A stretch of 60,462 nucleotides of DNA, the filler included, from Platydemus manokwari (lineage: Eukaryota): assembly GCA_037951405.1 (NCBI GenBank). It is 5 parts of 5 records of this genome, joined end to end, with 100 filler letters (N's around TTAATTAATTAA, not from the genome) between each part and the next. Parts side by side here need not be neighbours in the genome. Positions count along the whole stretch, not along the records: positions 35,691 to 50,265 come from JBBMOY011440311.1; positions 50,366 to 60,462 come from JBBMOY011169878.1; 3 more parts are not named here. One strand, 5' to 3'. The notes under the pieces were generated by a model that did not search any database, was not told the DNA's origin, and worked only from the letters and a program-made list of their open reading frames with translations. Both the position numbers and the translations under genes were made by a program. Below, piece after piece: positions 39,961 to 52,604 of the stretch (positions are counted from its first letter, which is position 1; every line of letters starts with the position of its first letter).

Positions 39961-42900
39961 GTTATTTGAATTGGAAGATTATGATTGTCAATTATATTTA
40001 TACTTATTAAGATTCTCCCAAGGAAATTGGCTATTATTTATGAATCTCCATTTATATTCTAATTTGTTTTTTGGAATAATTATCAATTTTAGTATAATTT
40101 TCTTTAGAAATTTGCAAGGAGATTTATATAATTGCGAGATTATTCTAGTTTGTATTATATTATATTAGAATTTTGTCTCATTTAGTTATATGCTTGAATT
40201 CATTAAAAATTTATCACATTTGGGTTTATGGTTTAATAATTTTATTTGCTTGATAATTTAATAAATCAATTATACTGGATATATAATTTTTTAGCCGAAA
40301 ATATTGTTATTAGCTTTCGTTTATTATTTATAATCATCAACTTATTTTCAGTCGTTATATATGTTGAGTTTTTCTTATTTTGTAATTTTCTATTATTATT
40401 AACAGATTTTCATTTCTAAGTATTCTAAGCATAATATTTCGCATAAATGGTTATTTTCAAGCTACAAAATTAAAGAATATGAATTACCACAAAATGTCAC
40501 TGCATTGTACATTGATACCTATTTATTGAGTATTCCCATTGATGCTGAGATTTGTTGAATTCACTGATGATTGTTGAGATTACTAACAGATATTCTTTGT
40601 CGGTTGTATTATTTATTGATAATAAAATAATTCCGTACTTTTAAATGGTTCACTTTTTATTAAGATATTTTTTTTACAAAAGATTAATTACGACGTTGAC
40701 AACTTGTTTCAAATGCATTATTATACACTGCTGTAATTAAATAGATTGAAATTCGTTTCTTTATCACTTCTATTGACAAAGATGTCGAATGGGTACACGT
40801 ATTTTGTTATCATAATTCTTGATTGTTGAGCATATGAATGATGAACTTATAACTTATGCATTTTATTTTTTGTAAATTACTTTAATTTTTACTTATGTAT
40901 TGTGACATATTTAATAAATGCTATGCATTTATTTTAGTCTTTTATTTATTTGTCATTTTATATTTTAATCTAATTTATTATTTTATTAGGAAATAAATAA
41001 ATTTTTATACTTCTGCTTTCTCCAAAGTAGATGTAAAGCTTTAAATATATTGTAATTTATCTTTCAAGAGTTAAAACCGTTGAATTCGGATACTTTTATA
41101 ATTATTAGATTTTTCATGACAACTAATATTTTAAAAATTAAAATTTTCTTCTTTTCGAATCTCTTTTTAACACTGAGATTCTTAGTGATGGACATCTTAT
41201 GAATTGTTTTTGCGAAGGGCAATGAGCTAAAATCAATTTATTTTTATTTTTTTATATGCGAGCAATCTCTTCATGATTAATTTATAACTATCATGTTTAT
41301 TTTGTTTAAAAATAGTTAATTAGAATTTACTCAAATTATGTTGCAGATTTTACTAAAAAATTCTATAAACTTCACTATTATTGCGTACAGTATAAAATTG
41401 TCATCTTACTCGATTTTTTTAAAATATCTTCTAAACATACTTATCAGTCAATTATAAAATTTTAATTTTGGCCTTCTGGTTATCCAAAACCTTAACGTAT
41501 TTGAAGTATCTTTTGATAACGAAATATTACAAATTGGTGGTGGAGGTAAAAGAAAAATAAATTCTTGGTCTTATAATAATTGTATCACTATGGAAGATGG
41601 GGTCTTATGAAATGCAAATTTGGTGTTCAAATAGAAAATGCTTTTCATCAAATATTTTTGTGTAAATCTTTTAATTAAATATGGAGAAATTGGATTATTG
41701 ATGTTATATGATAATATATCCTATAACTAATCTGAGACTTATCAGAAATTAGGTTTCGATTATATAAATAAAAATATAATATATAATAAAGACAGTTGAT
41801 TAAAACATTTCAGAGAATATTGAATATATAAAAAATGAATAACAAATGTGTTTCGGACAAATTATTATTTAATTACCTTAAAGATAATGTTATCAATAAT
41901 TCGCTGACCGAGACTAATGGCATACAACTGCGTTGGTTTATATATATATAATTATCGGGTTTTATATAATTAGAGGTTATTGAAACTAATTTCTCCATTG
42001 CGTGACTACATTAGTAGTTTGTCTTTGATTTGGCTGCATCAAAGACAAATTGCAATTCCGATAAATAACAATTGTGAACTTTATTAATAGCAACACCACT
42101 CGTAAAGAAATTGTTAACAGGTTCTGCTTCTAATGTATTTTTAATCAATTTAACAGATTAGAAACAAATAATAAAGTATTATAATATTTTTTATTAATAA
42201 ATCGAAGAAAGAGTTTAATGATTCAATTTTTGCAAAGATATGCCAAATATTCCAAAGGATAGATATAATATATAATTTGCCAGATAATAATAGTGTTTCT
42301 GATATTAACGACAATGCGTGTTTTTGACTAAATTTTCATCTCGTTTTTATCCTATCTTCCAGTACATATTATTATTATATTTGTTTTTAGGTATTTAATT
42401 CAGGTTGATTCGTATTCCATTAATACAAGAGATATCTCTGATTTTCTGGCAATAACTAATATTATTAAAAAATCATACAAACTTTAGAAATCCACTGTTT
42501 GTTATACTAAAAAAATATGAAACATAGATGGTAAAATGATAGTTTACTTAACTGACCTATATTTTGAATTGATTATCTAAGTGCTGGGGTAACAAACTCA
42601 GAATGCTGACAGAGTTGATAGATATAATATTCTCAATAACTGGGTAAATAAAAAGTTTCACGCTATTCAGTGTATATATGATAATTGAGTAAAAGAGAAT
42701 GTAATTGTTTTTCTCATGAAATGAAATTTTGAGTTGATAATTCAGCAGATGTTTCAAAATGTAGTTCTCTTCCAAAATTATTAGTTTATCATATATATTA
42801 ATAACAGAAAAGATTTTTGATTATTCTTAGTGCGAATCTTTGATAAACATAGAAAAGTCAGATACAAAATTAGAAAACGTTTGCTTAGTCTATAATATTG

Positions 42901-45699
42901 GTTATTACTATCAATTCCATTTTAATATTGTTTACTTTGGTGTCAGTCTTGTCCAAGTATTGTAGACAATTTTAATCATTTATTTATGCATTCGATGTTG
43001 CAATCGGAGGTCCCTCTAGACTGTATTTACGCCATCCATTAGTTTGTTATTATTTTGATGCTTCAATAGTAGCTTCGTTAATACATTCTCAACATAATAA
43101 TAAAATCTCAATTGATAATTTAGAAAGATTTTGTAAATATTTCTTATTTCAAGAAATTTTACAAAATATTATATGACAAAATCATATTTGCTATTTTAAA
43201 ATCTGTTGGAAAAGTTAAGTTGAAGGCAAGCATAATTCTAGAATAATTTGCAATAGTAGATTTAATTGTATTGCTTGTCAATAAATAGTACCATGTAGTT
43301 TACTGTGTAGATACATTTAGAAAATCTACTTCGTTTATATTTTAAAATTGGAAATGAAAGTAGTAGTTTTATATTGAGTATTTGTAGATAATTTCCTATT
43401 TTAATTATGTTCGGTTAAACAGTGTTGTCTTATGATTCAATGGATTTACCCACATATCTGTTGAATTGATGATGTTAAGAACACTCAATAGTGTGCGATC
43501 TATAAATATGTTTGGTAAATTGTATTCTAATAGATTTAATGTTATTTTGAATAATTACAAGTGGCATCAAATGCACATGATTTCACAAAAAATTTAAAAT
43601 TGACGAACATGCCGAGAATCGTAAGTGCAGGAATAACTTCGGTTATGTTGAAAGATAAAGTTTAAACTGCTAATTTGTATCCAGGTAGTTTCTTACTTTT
43701 AAGTTATTTATGTACTATTTATAATCCGAAAGAATTGTTTATCGATGAGTGTTTTTTATGTCAATCATTATTTTTAAGTTATTACTTCTCAGAAAAGTTT
43801 TGACGATAATTTCAAATTAGTATTTCTAATTTTAGAATTCCAGCATTTGTGCGATTTTTATATACTTATTTTCTGCTTGATACTCTATACTTACTAATAT
43901 TATTATTGCTTTTTAATCTAAAAATGAAATTATTATTATTGTCTAAATATGGAATTATTATTCTAGACTTTGTGTTATTATTATTATTTTTAACTTTATG
44001 TTTTCTTATTGCTATTTATTATTAGTGTGCATTTCTAATAACTATTCTTAACTTATTCCTTATATATAATTTTTTAATCGAATATTTAAGTTTTATAATT
44101 TTTACAATAATATTGTGATTATTTACAGCAATAGATATTGAATCAAAACTATTATAGAATTGTGCACCAAAGCATAACATTACATATTGATCGAATTATC
44201 GATACAATATATACATTCATACGATAATATATAATATAAAATATATTCTTTAAAATAGGATAATATACTGCCCACATATCCCAGCCGACAGATGAAATTT
44301 TCATAATTTTTAAATTAACGAATTAATAAATCACATCACTACGGTGAATTAATGCGTTACCAAGGCAATGCCATTGGGAGTATTAAATCACCATGGTAAA
44401 TATTAAAAATTAAAAGAATTGCCATAACGGCAAAAATCTTTACAAAAATTATAATTAACTCCGACACATCCCGTACACGCCCACATGCGAAGGCGAATAA
44501 TGAGAATGACTCACAAAATTCTATCAAACAATTTGCTTTAATTCATAAGCTAACTGAAATTATCAGACTCAGAATTTAGAATTGGTTTTCCGAAATCGCG
44601 CTTCTTTAGCTATTATCGATATTCATCTCAGAAAGACGTTGGAAATTGTTATCAGAAACTGTGCTCATTCTTACTATCAATATCGGAAGTGGAATATTTC
44701 TCGAATATGATTTGATTCGGAAGACAGAAATCATCATCGACACCACTCAGAACTATCTTCGAAACGTCAGAAGGAACCTCATCGAATTAACGACACATGA
44801 TGTACGCGGTTTTACTTATTGTTCAATCGTACTAGAGTATAAAGTCGCAAGACTGTACTCGGTGCTTCCACATAAATTTAATCGTGATTCCCATTAACAC
44901 TGAGATATAAAGGCGAAGGCATATTTTTTACAGTGTCATTACGCTACAAAGTCGCAAAGGTTTGTAGCCAATAAAATTAAAGTAATTAAAATCAAATCTT
45001 TTTTAGTTTTTTGTCCGAAGTAAAGTGGCACTTAGTTCCTTATGTCGGTTTGTTTAAAAAAAATCTTAAGAAATGATTTTGCGAACCGCAAAGTCTTACT
45101 ATTTTATAATCAGTTTATAACGAATCTTCTGATGGAGATTAATGCAATGAATAATGAATGAGATTAATAGATTCATGAACAATAAATTGAAATAACTTAT
45201 CTACAAAGGATGAATTGAAATTAATGATCATTGTAGGAATAAATTGAGTATTATAATTGATCCATTAAGAAAAATCAAATGCTTAATCCATGCAGGAAAA
45301 TTGGACAACTAATCCAATCTAGTTCGTACTCGGAATTAAGTTCAAAATTTTACAATTTTGATGCTGTTTATATACTATTTTATTTGTGGGCGGATGACTA
45401 ATTTATTAATTTTTAGTAGTTAATTATGATGATTTATAGCGTTGCAATGTCTACTTAAAAATACCATACTTACACTTACAAATACCGTGGCAATAAGGTG
45501 AATTATTTTGTTTTTTGAATTTTATTAATGTGATAATTTACGTATACAAAGCAATTATAATTTTGATTATTATTATGATTATTCCTATTTTGTCTTCTCC
45601 TTTAAGATTTTCATCTCGAAGATTTGAGTAGAAGAAAAAGTAGATGAAATAGGTAACATGCAGCAAGATAACGTAAATTATACAAAAAACATGCACAAT

Positions 45700-48600
45700 C
45701 GATAATATCAATATCAGCGATCAGTCGTAATAATACCATGATTTCGGTTATTTCTTTTTTGTACCAATTCTTCGGTTAGGCTCTCTCTTTTTAGGCTCGC
45801 TGTTCCGTGATTCTTGATCATCATCTGTTGTAATTTGTGCTTTTAATTTTGTGTTGTGTTTCTCCAGAAACATGGTTTTTTATGTTTTTAATTAAGTAGG
45901 TGCATATGAGAATTATCATGCTGTCTGCTAATTTCTCGTCATATGAATGTTTCCAATAATTGTTATGTGACTTTCTTCTTTCGCAAGGAGTTCTTTAACA
46001 AGGAGGAAAAATTGAAAATATATTTTTTTGTTATAAAAGGTTGGGGATCCGATTTATATCATGTATTCCAATTTGAACGAATATTTTCATTCGTAGGTAA
46101 TTTCATATGAATATTTAAAAAGGTTTCTCATGCATTATCTTTAGGAATACGACCTTCTCTTAAAATCGACATATTGATCCAATTACATATAAATTAAACA
46201 TTATTTTTGATATGTAAAAAGCATACATTGATGTCTTTCATTAATTCCAAAACATTTTTATTTATTCGTTTTAAAATAAGTTTTGTGGTAGATAATTCAA
46301 AATTCGTATAACAGGATAATGTAAACACGTTTCTATAATAAATTACACTTATACCATTCAAATTTTTATGTGATTTACACGTTTTTTCTATTTGAAACCT
46401 AAACGATTTCGGGTTTACATAGCTACGCAAAGGCTTACACACTCACTCAGGTCAATTTAAGTATACATTAAGTAGAATTTTATTAGGAATTTTCATCAGA
46501 AGCCACTTATATTCTAGTTGATATCATAATATTTTAAGAATTAAAAATTATAACCGTATTTTTCAATTAAATAGGAAACCCATATATAAATAATAATTGT
46601 TCATATGAAAATAATATTAAAATTATTATAGATTTTCCCAAATAATGACAGCTATAGTAATTTTACAAATTAATTTTTTCTCTTTTTGTATAAAATCCCA
46701 GAGAAATATTAAGTGGCAGACTTAGTCTAGCTAGTACATTAATTCTGAATTAATAAATTCTATCTCAAAATTTCTAAATATCGTGCGATGACATTGTTTA
46801 TTCTTTTCAGTTCTGTGAACTTTTCTACATTCTTATTTTCTTCATCTCTTGTTTTTTGAAGAAAAAGAATTCTGTGGCCTCTTGGACTGGCATCTGTTTG
46901 GTCTGACTCCAAGTGTTCCTTGTGGTTCCAATCGATTTGGTTTCAGTAATGACTTCAGAACATTAGAAAAAATGAAAAAATTGCGATTTCCATTTTCGGT
47001 GTATAATCCTAATTGTTATTCTATTGTATACCATTTTTAAAATAATTTTGGTTTAAATAATTTTTGTAATTTTGATTCAATGTTATTTTTTGAATTTAAT
47101 TAATTTCGTTATTAGTCTATGCTCCTTTTATTGGAAAAGGTTATAATCGTGGATTGCACTAATATTTTGGAGTGATTTTCATATTCCAGAGTTTTTACGT
47201 TGCCATTATTAGTTTTGGATATTCTACGTATACCATTATTCTCCAAGCTGGACCTCTCTGATGTCGTTATTCTCAAAGTTGTTCTACTTTCTAAAATGTA
47301 CTTACATAAAAGATATCTCTACATATATATATATAATAAGATTGTAAATTCTGTCATTTCGAAATATACAAAGTAAACTGAAGAAAGTTAAAAAATAAAT
47401 TCTAAATACACCTTTCTCTAAGTAAATGAGTTTTAGAAATAATAAATAGATTTTTGTTGTTTTCCAAACTTAATGCAAGGTTATTTAAGTTGACTCTTCA
47501 TCAGGCTGTTTCTTCATTGGTTATTTCTTAATAACGAAATTCTTTAACAAGCAGCGTAACTTCGTTTTGTTTTTGAAAATTTTATTTGTTATACGTTGTA
47601 ATAATTATTTATTTATATAATGAGTAATTACTCGTTATAATTCCTGCGAACTCTATATAGCAATTGTATCAACCATAAATTTGAAAATATCGACTTTGCA
47701 TTCCAGCTTTCAATATAAAGTTTTACTGGTACGATATTAAGCAATTCACTGGAGTCTCACTATCAATTATTAATTATAATTAGCTTTCGTGTATTAAGTA
47801 ATTTTAGAAATTTGTGCTTTGATATTCCATATCTTCAGGCGATCGTATTATAATTCCGATTATAAGCTTCATTATTAATTCAGCTGAAATTAATTCCACC
47901 GCATTCATTTATTAATTTTACTGTTGCTCAACTCAAATAACAACTGGTTATAAAATATGCACGTTTAGGAAAAAGAATACAGCTAGGTATGGCTCAGATA
48001 ACAAACCTTTTGTTGTTACATATTTGATTGATATTTTTGGATTTCTTAGGTTTTATAAATTATGCATAATGTGAATAGAATTGATTTCAAAGATCGATAT
48101 GAATTTTGGTAGCTAAATTGAAATTTAAATGATTGAGCAAAGAAATGAATTTTAATTTAATTATGATTTCCTATTTTTAGATTTTATTATTTTACGCTTG
48201 ATAAATTATCTTTACTTTGTTATATGTTTAAATTGTGTGTTTTTTGTTAATTTGATTCCGTTCTGTATTATATTTGGTACTCAACAATTATAGATTAAAC
48301 AATTTATAGATTAAACATTAAATATTCGCTTTGGTTGGATGTTTTATATTATCAATTATCGGTCGTAGAGGGTTTTTGTAATTTATATGAAGACAAAATT
48401 ACTGATAAATTGAAATTATCGAAAGCTAGATGTGTAGTTTGAATTGATTGCTGTTAATTCTAGTTGAAGGAATGTGAAGTTGATTCCAAAGTTACGAAGT
48501 TTCAATATTTTCATATGTGGTGATTTTAATGAAGAACTCAATAATGATTTATTAAAATTTATTTACGAAACGAAAGTTTTGAACAATTGACAAGAGAACA

Positions 48601-49830
48601 CAAATATTATAAATTTGTGTGGCCCACTGTTCAGGTAGATAATCACGAGATATCTGTGTAAAGGCAACGATTATAATTCAGATTTTGAAAATTATCTTTA
48701 TATGATTTATAACTTAATATGCTTAACTTAGAAGTGCAATAAGTATTAAATAAGGTGAAAGGTTATAAATAATTTTACAATGCTAAGTTCCAATATTAGA
48801 AAATATTCTATGAATCGTAATCTTTTCTTCTCTGATTTAATTCCGTTTGACGGCGTGTAATGTTCCTCAAAATGCGTGTGAGCTTCAAGGGCTGAGATTC
48901 GGATATTCTTAGTCAATTTGTAATCAAATTCAACTCGTGTTTTTGTTAGAATGTAAATTGTGTTGTTTCTAATTCATGTTTATTTTTTACCGAAGAATTT
49001 AATCTGCGTAATATTATACTCTTGCCAGCGTTATTTAGATTAAATTTCCCGGGCACTCTTAACTTTAATTATTTAATTGACGTTAATTTTCTTTGATTTA
49101 TCAGCAATTGTCTTGTTACTATTTTTATTTGTTTTGTGTATCCAGTTTAGATTTCATAATTTAAAATTATGAATCATATATTTCTTGAGTTTCGATTTAT
49201 CTCTATTTTGGCAAACTCGTAATTTTTTATTAATATTATCTTTAATTATTACCATTATATCTGTACTTTGTTAATAATAATAATTAAATTATTATTGTTA
49301 ATTAATTTTATTTTAATCATTGTTTATTTACAACATTTCTATTTATTCATTAAATAATAATTCATTTAGATTCAATGGACTATTTCTTTTTATATTTAAC
49401 AATATTTGCTTCATTTTTTCTTGGCTTATTTTTCAACTTAGCATTCATAAAGGTAATAATTTTTAATCATACTCAATTGTTATTACTATTTTTGAATAAA
49501 GTCTTAACAAAACTCTTTAAAATCAGTTTTTGTGCTATATTAAGGAATTGTACATAGTAGATGAATTGTTTACAAATTTGATTATTGTGAGGGATCATTA
49601 TTCTTTGTGGTTATTACATTAGCTTTGTTGGCTTTGGTCTTAACAATTTTTACAATATCCAATACGCATTTAACTATTGGTTTCATTTATTCAGTACTGC
49701 TTGTAAATTTCTATTTCTATTAGTTTTCTCTTTTGTTTAATTTTTGTTTAGTTTTCTCTTTCTTTAAGATATAACAGTTCCTTAGCTAGTCAAAAATTCA
49801 GCTGTAATATTCTTCAGGCAGTAGGTTATG
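45700..49830 (-). mobile_element. Heavily decayed non-LTR (LINE) retrotransposon
   Basis: Minus strand: RILQLN (~49810, start of the APE domain), VNPKSFRFQIEKTCKSH (QxGFxxxRS-like, ORF 46194-46442), IGSP..IFSI and LADSMIIL (YADD-like, ~45925), in LINE ORF2 order. Confidence 0.4.
48340..48700 (+). mobile_element. LINE APE-endonuclease remnant in the opposite orientation
   Basis: FYIINYRS followed by NIFICGDFN (GDFN at 48519-48530). Confidence 0.45.
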
Positions 49831-50265
49831 AATTCTCTAAAACTTTAGCAGTTTTTGAATTGGTTCTGGTTTCAATGGTTGATATCTTTATTTTCTTTTA
49901 TCTCTTACATGGTGAATAATTTTATTTTTATTTTCCAAACAGTGAATATTTGCATAATATTTTTCTATTTCTTGTCTCTGACTAATATATTTTTCGATTT
50001 TTTAATAATGAACAGTTTTTTTAATTATTTAATTATTTTTCTAATTTCCTATATTTTCTCTAATTGGTAATTTCTTGAAATTTATTTTTTTATATTCGTT
50101 TTGTTTTGTTTGGAACTGCCTAAAGTTAATGGCTCTAGTCTATCTTAAATCTGACCATTTTCATTTCTTGGTTCATATACTTTGTTTTAAATAACGTATA
50201 TTTATAACATTATCTAAAAACGTTAAATAAAATTGACACATTGTACAAATATTGTGAATAAATAT

Positions 50266-50365
50266 NNNNNNNNNNNNNNNNNNNNNNNNNNNNNNNNNNN
50301 NNNNNNNNNTTAATTAATTAANNNNNNNNNNNNNNNNNNNNNNNNNNNNNNNNNNNNNNNNNNNN
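50266..50365. other. Artificial assembly spacer
   Basis: 44N + TTAATTAATTAA + 44N. Confidence 0.98.
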
Positions 50366-51584
50366 ATCGTAAAATAATAACTGTCAATTAATTCACTGTT
50401 TAACAATAGATTAGTTTAATTTTTAATATGTAGATTAATTTGACACATCTTTTATATATCCAAATATATAATTCAAAACTATTGTCTACTTATGGTTTTG
50501 AATGAATATCAAAATTATTTATTGATGTGATTAAACGGTCATTGCCATAAATAATTGAATATAATATGAAAAAGGAATTAAATCCTCAAAGGATATCACA
50601 TGATCTGTAGATGGATTGATATCGTCATGAGGTAATGTATGTTAACTATACTATCTCTTCCTCAACGCACTTCGAATTCTGTCTATCAATAAACGAACAG
50701 ATTCGAATGAGCGATAAATGTCTTTGTTCGAAAGATATGCAGTACGAAGCTATCAAGTAATGGATTACAATTGAAAAAATTTAATTTTGGATCTCGCCTT
50801 AATTGTATCGTCAATATGTGGTAATCTCGTGATGAAGCGATTATATTTAAGACTAAAGTTTCTGGGTGTGCGTATCTATACATTTAAACTCTAATTATCT
50901 TATGAAAATAGTGGTTAAATAATATTTTATTATTTATGGCTTGGCAGTAAAGTGTAATAATTAGAGTGGGTATTTTAAAAATTTATTTCCAAGTCATTAC
51001 TAATTTGTCGGAAATGGTCGTTGTTTTGAATCTACCAGTGAGAAAATCATTAAATTTTAGATTAAAAGTTTTATTCTACATTAAATGATATCGCGTCTAT
51101 TAGTGGGATAACTTTTTGGAATTTACTCCACATATTTAAATTTACCTATCTCTGCATTGAAATTATGTATCAGAATGTTTTATTGTGATCCCAAATGTAT
51201 TTCTGGTTATAATAATAGAATCTATTTCACTCCTACAAAATTAATTCTGTTTTTTTTATTATTAAATTCATAATTTTAATTTAAATACTCGAGAAATATT
51301 TTATTGATTTTGATAATTAGTAAATATTTTTATAGAATTTATATTATTCATGAAATCGTAAAATCAAGTTTTACTTAAGCTATAAAATATTCGGCTTTAA
51401 CTGAAAGTTGTTTTTCTGCCACATTTTAGTAATATCATATTTCTAAAATAACTGTTTTAGTGTAAGCTTATCTCTACTTGTTACACTAATTAAATTTGAT
51501 TTTTCTGAAATTTTATTAAATAACATTATATATTATTTGAATGCTGCTTCTCTTAAAATTAACGATGAAATATGTATTATTTAG

Positions 51585-52393
51585 GCTCCTGAAGTTATCA
51601 GAATGGATACAATTAATCCATATACTGATAAATCAGACGTATATTCATTTGGGATCATTATTTACGAAATGGTTACAATGAAATTACCATATCATCACAT
51701 CAATAATAAGGAACGAATTTTATTCATGGTTGGGAAAGGCTTTTTGTATCCAGATTTCAGTTTAATCAAAATGACCTTACCCCAACAATTCAAACATCTC
51801 ATGGTCGATTGCCTCAGTTTTGATCGTGAAGCCCGACCAGGATTCACACAGGTTATTTAAAATTATTTCAAATTTAAAAATTAAAGCATAAAACATATAT
51901 TTCTGCAATCTTATTACTTTCATATGTGCGAGTTCTTAGTTATGTTATTTATCTTGATAAAAATTACTTTAATCGTTCATTCATGCGTAGTATGCATAGA
52001 AAAGATTTTCATCTCCGATAGCATTATAGTTGTTATAATTTTGAGATATTATAAAGTGAACTTAACCAAAAGAATTTATTTGCATTGACCTGATAACATA
52101 ATAACCAGCTTCAATTTTAAATTGCATTCTACAGAACCTATATTTATAAATATTAATTCACAATTGTAGTTTGTTTCCAAATCCGCTCATTTAGTTCGTT
52201 TAATAAATATACACAAAATTTATACTATACTAATGTTGCATATTTTTTATAGATTTCTATTTAGATTCATTCGAAATTGGAAAATTTTGAAAAATCGCAT
52301 TTGAAAATGAAAAAATGTACATCAGAACCAAATATATCTATTAGACATATGCCTAACTCTGACGAAGAAAGCAGTGTATCAATCAAACGTTAA
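51585..52393 (+). CDS. raf: Raf family Ser/Thr kinase, last two coding exons (5' part lies outside this contig)
   Basis: Exon 51585-51851: APEVIRM...NPY..SDVYSFG...LPYHHINNKERILFMVGKGFLYPD...C...RP.F.Q, with the Raf-diagnostic ILFMVGxG. Exon 52265-52393: IHSKLE...KCTSEPNI...KR*, containing the C-terminal 14-3-3 motif (RSxSEP-like). Confidence 0.92.
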
Positions 52394-52604
52394 AGAAATG
52401 TGTTAATGTGATTTATTTTGGCATAGGATATTTTTTTAATAGAGTATCAATAAATATCATTATCTAAAAGAATTGAATTTCGTTGTATTATATTTGATTT
52501 TGAAAAAAGCAAACAAAAACTAAACAGTATTAAACAACAAATAAATTAGACTAAATAATCAAAGTTATTTTACAGCTGATTAAAAACACCAGTTTCAAAA
52601 AATA

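Noticed and set aside
35691-50265. Short ORFs in the fourth contig (39950, 42557, 44646, 46849, 49375, 49855)
   Set aside because: F/I/L/N-rich, no domains and no consistent splice chains; noise or TE debris.
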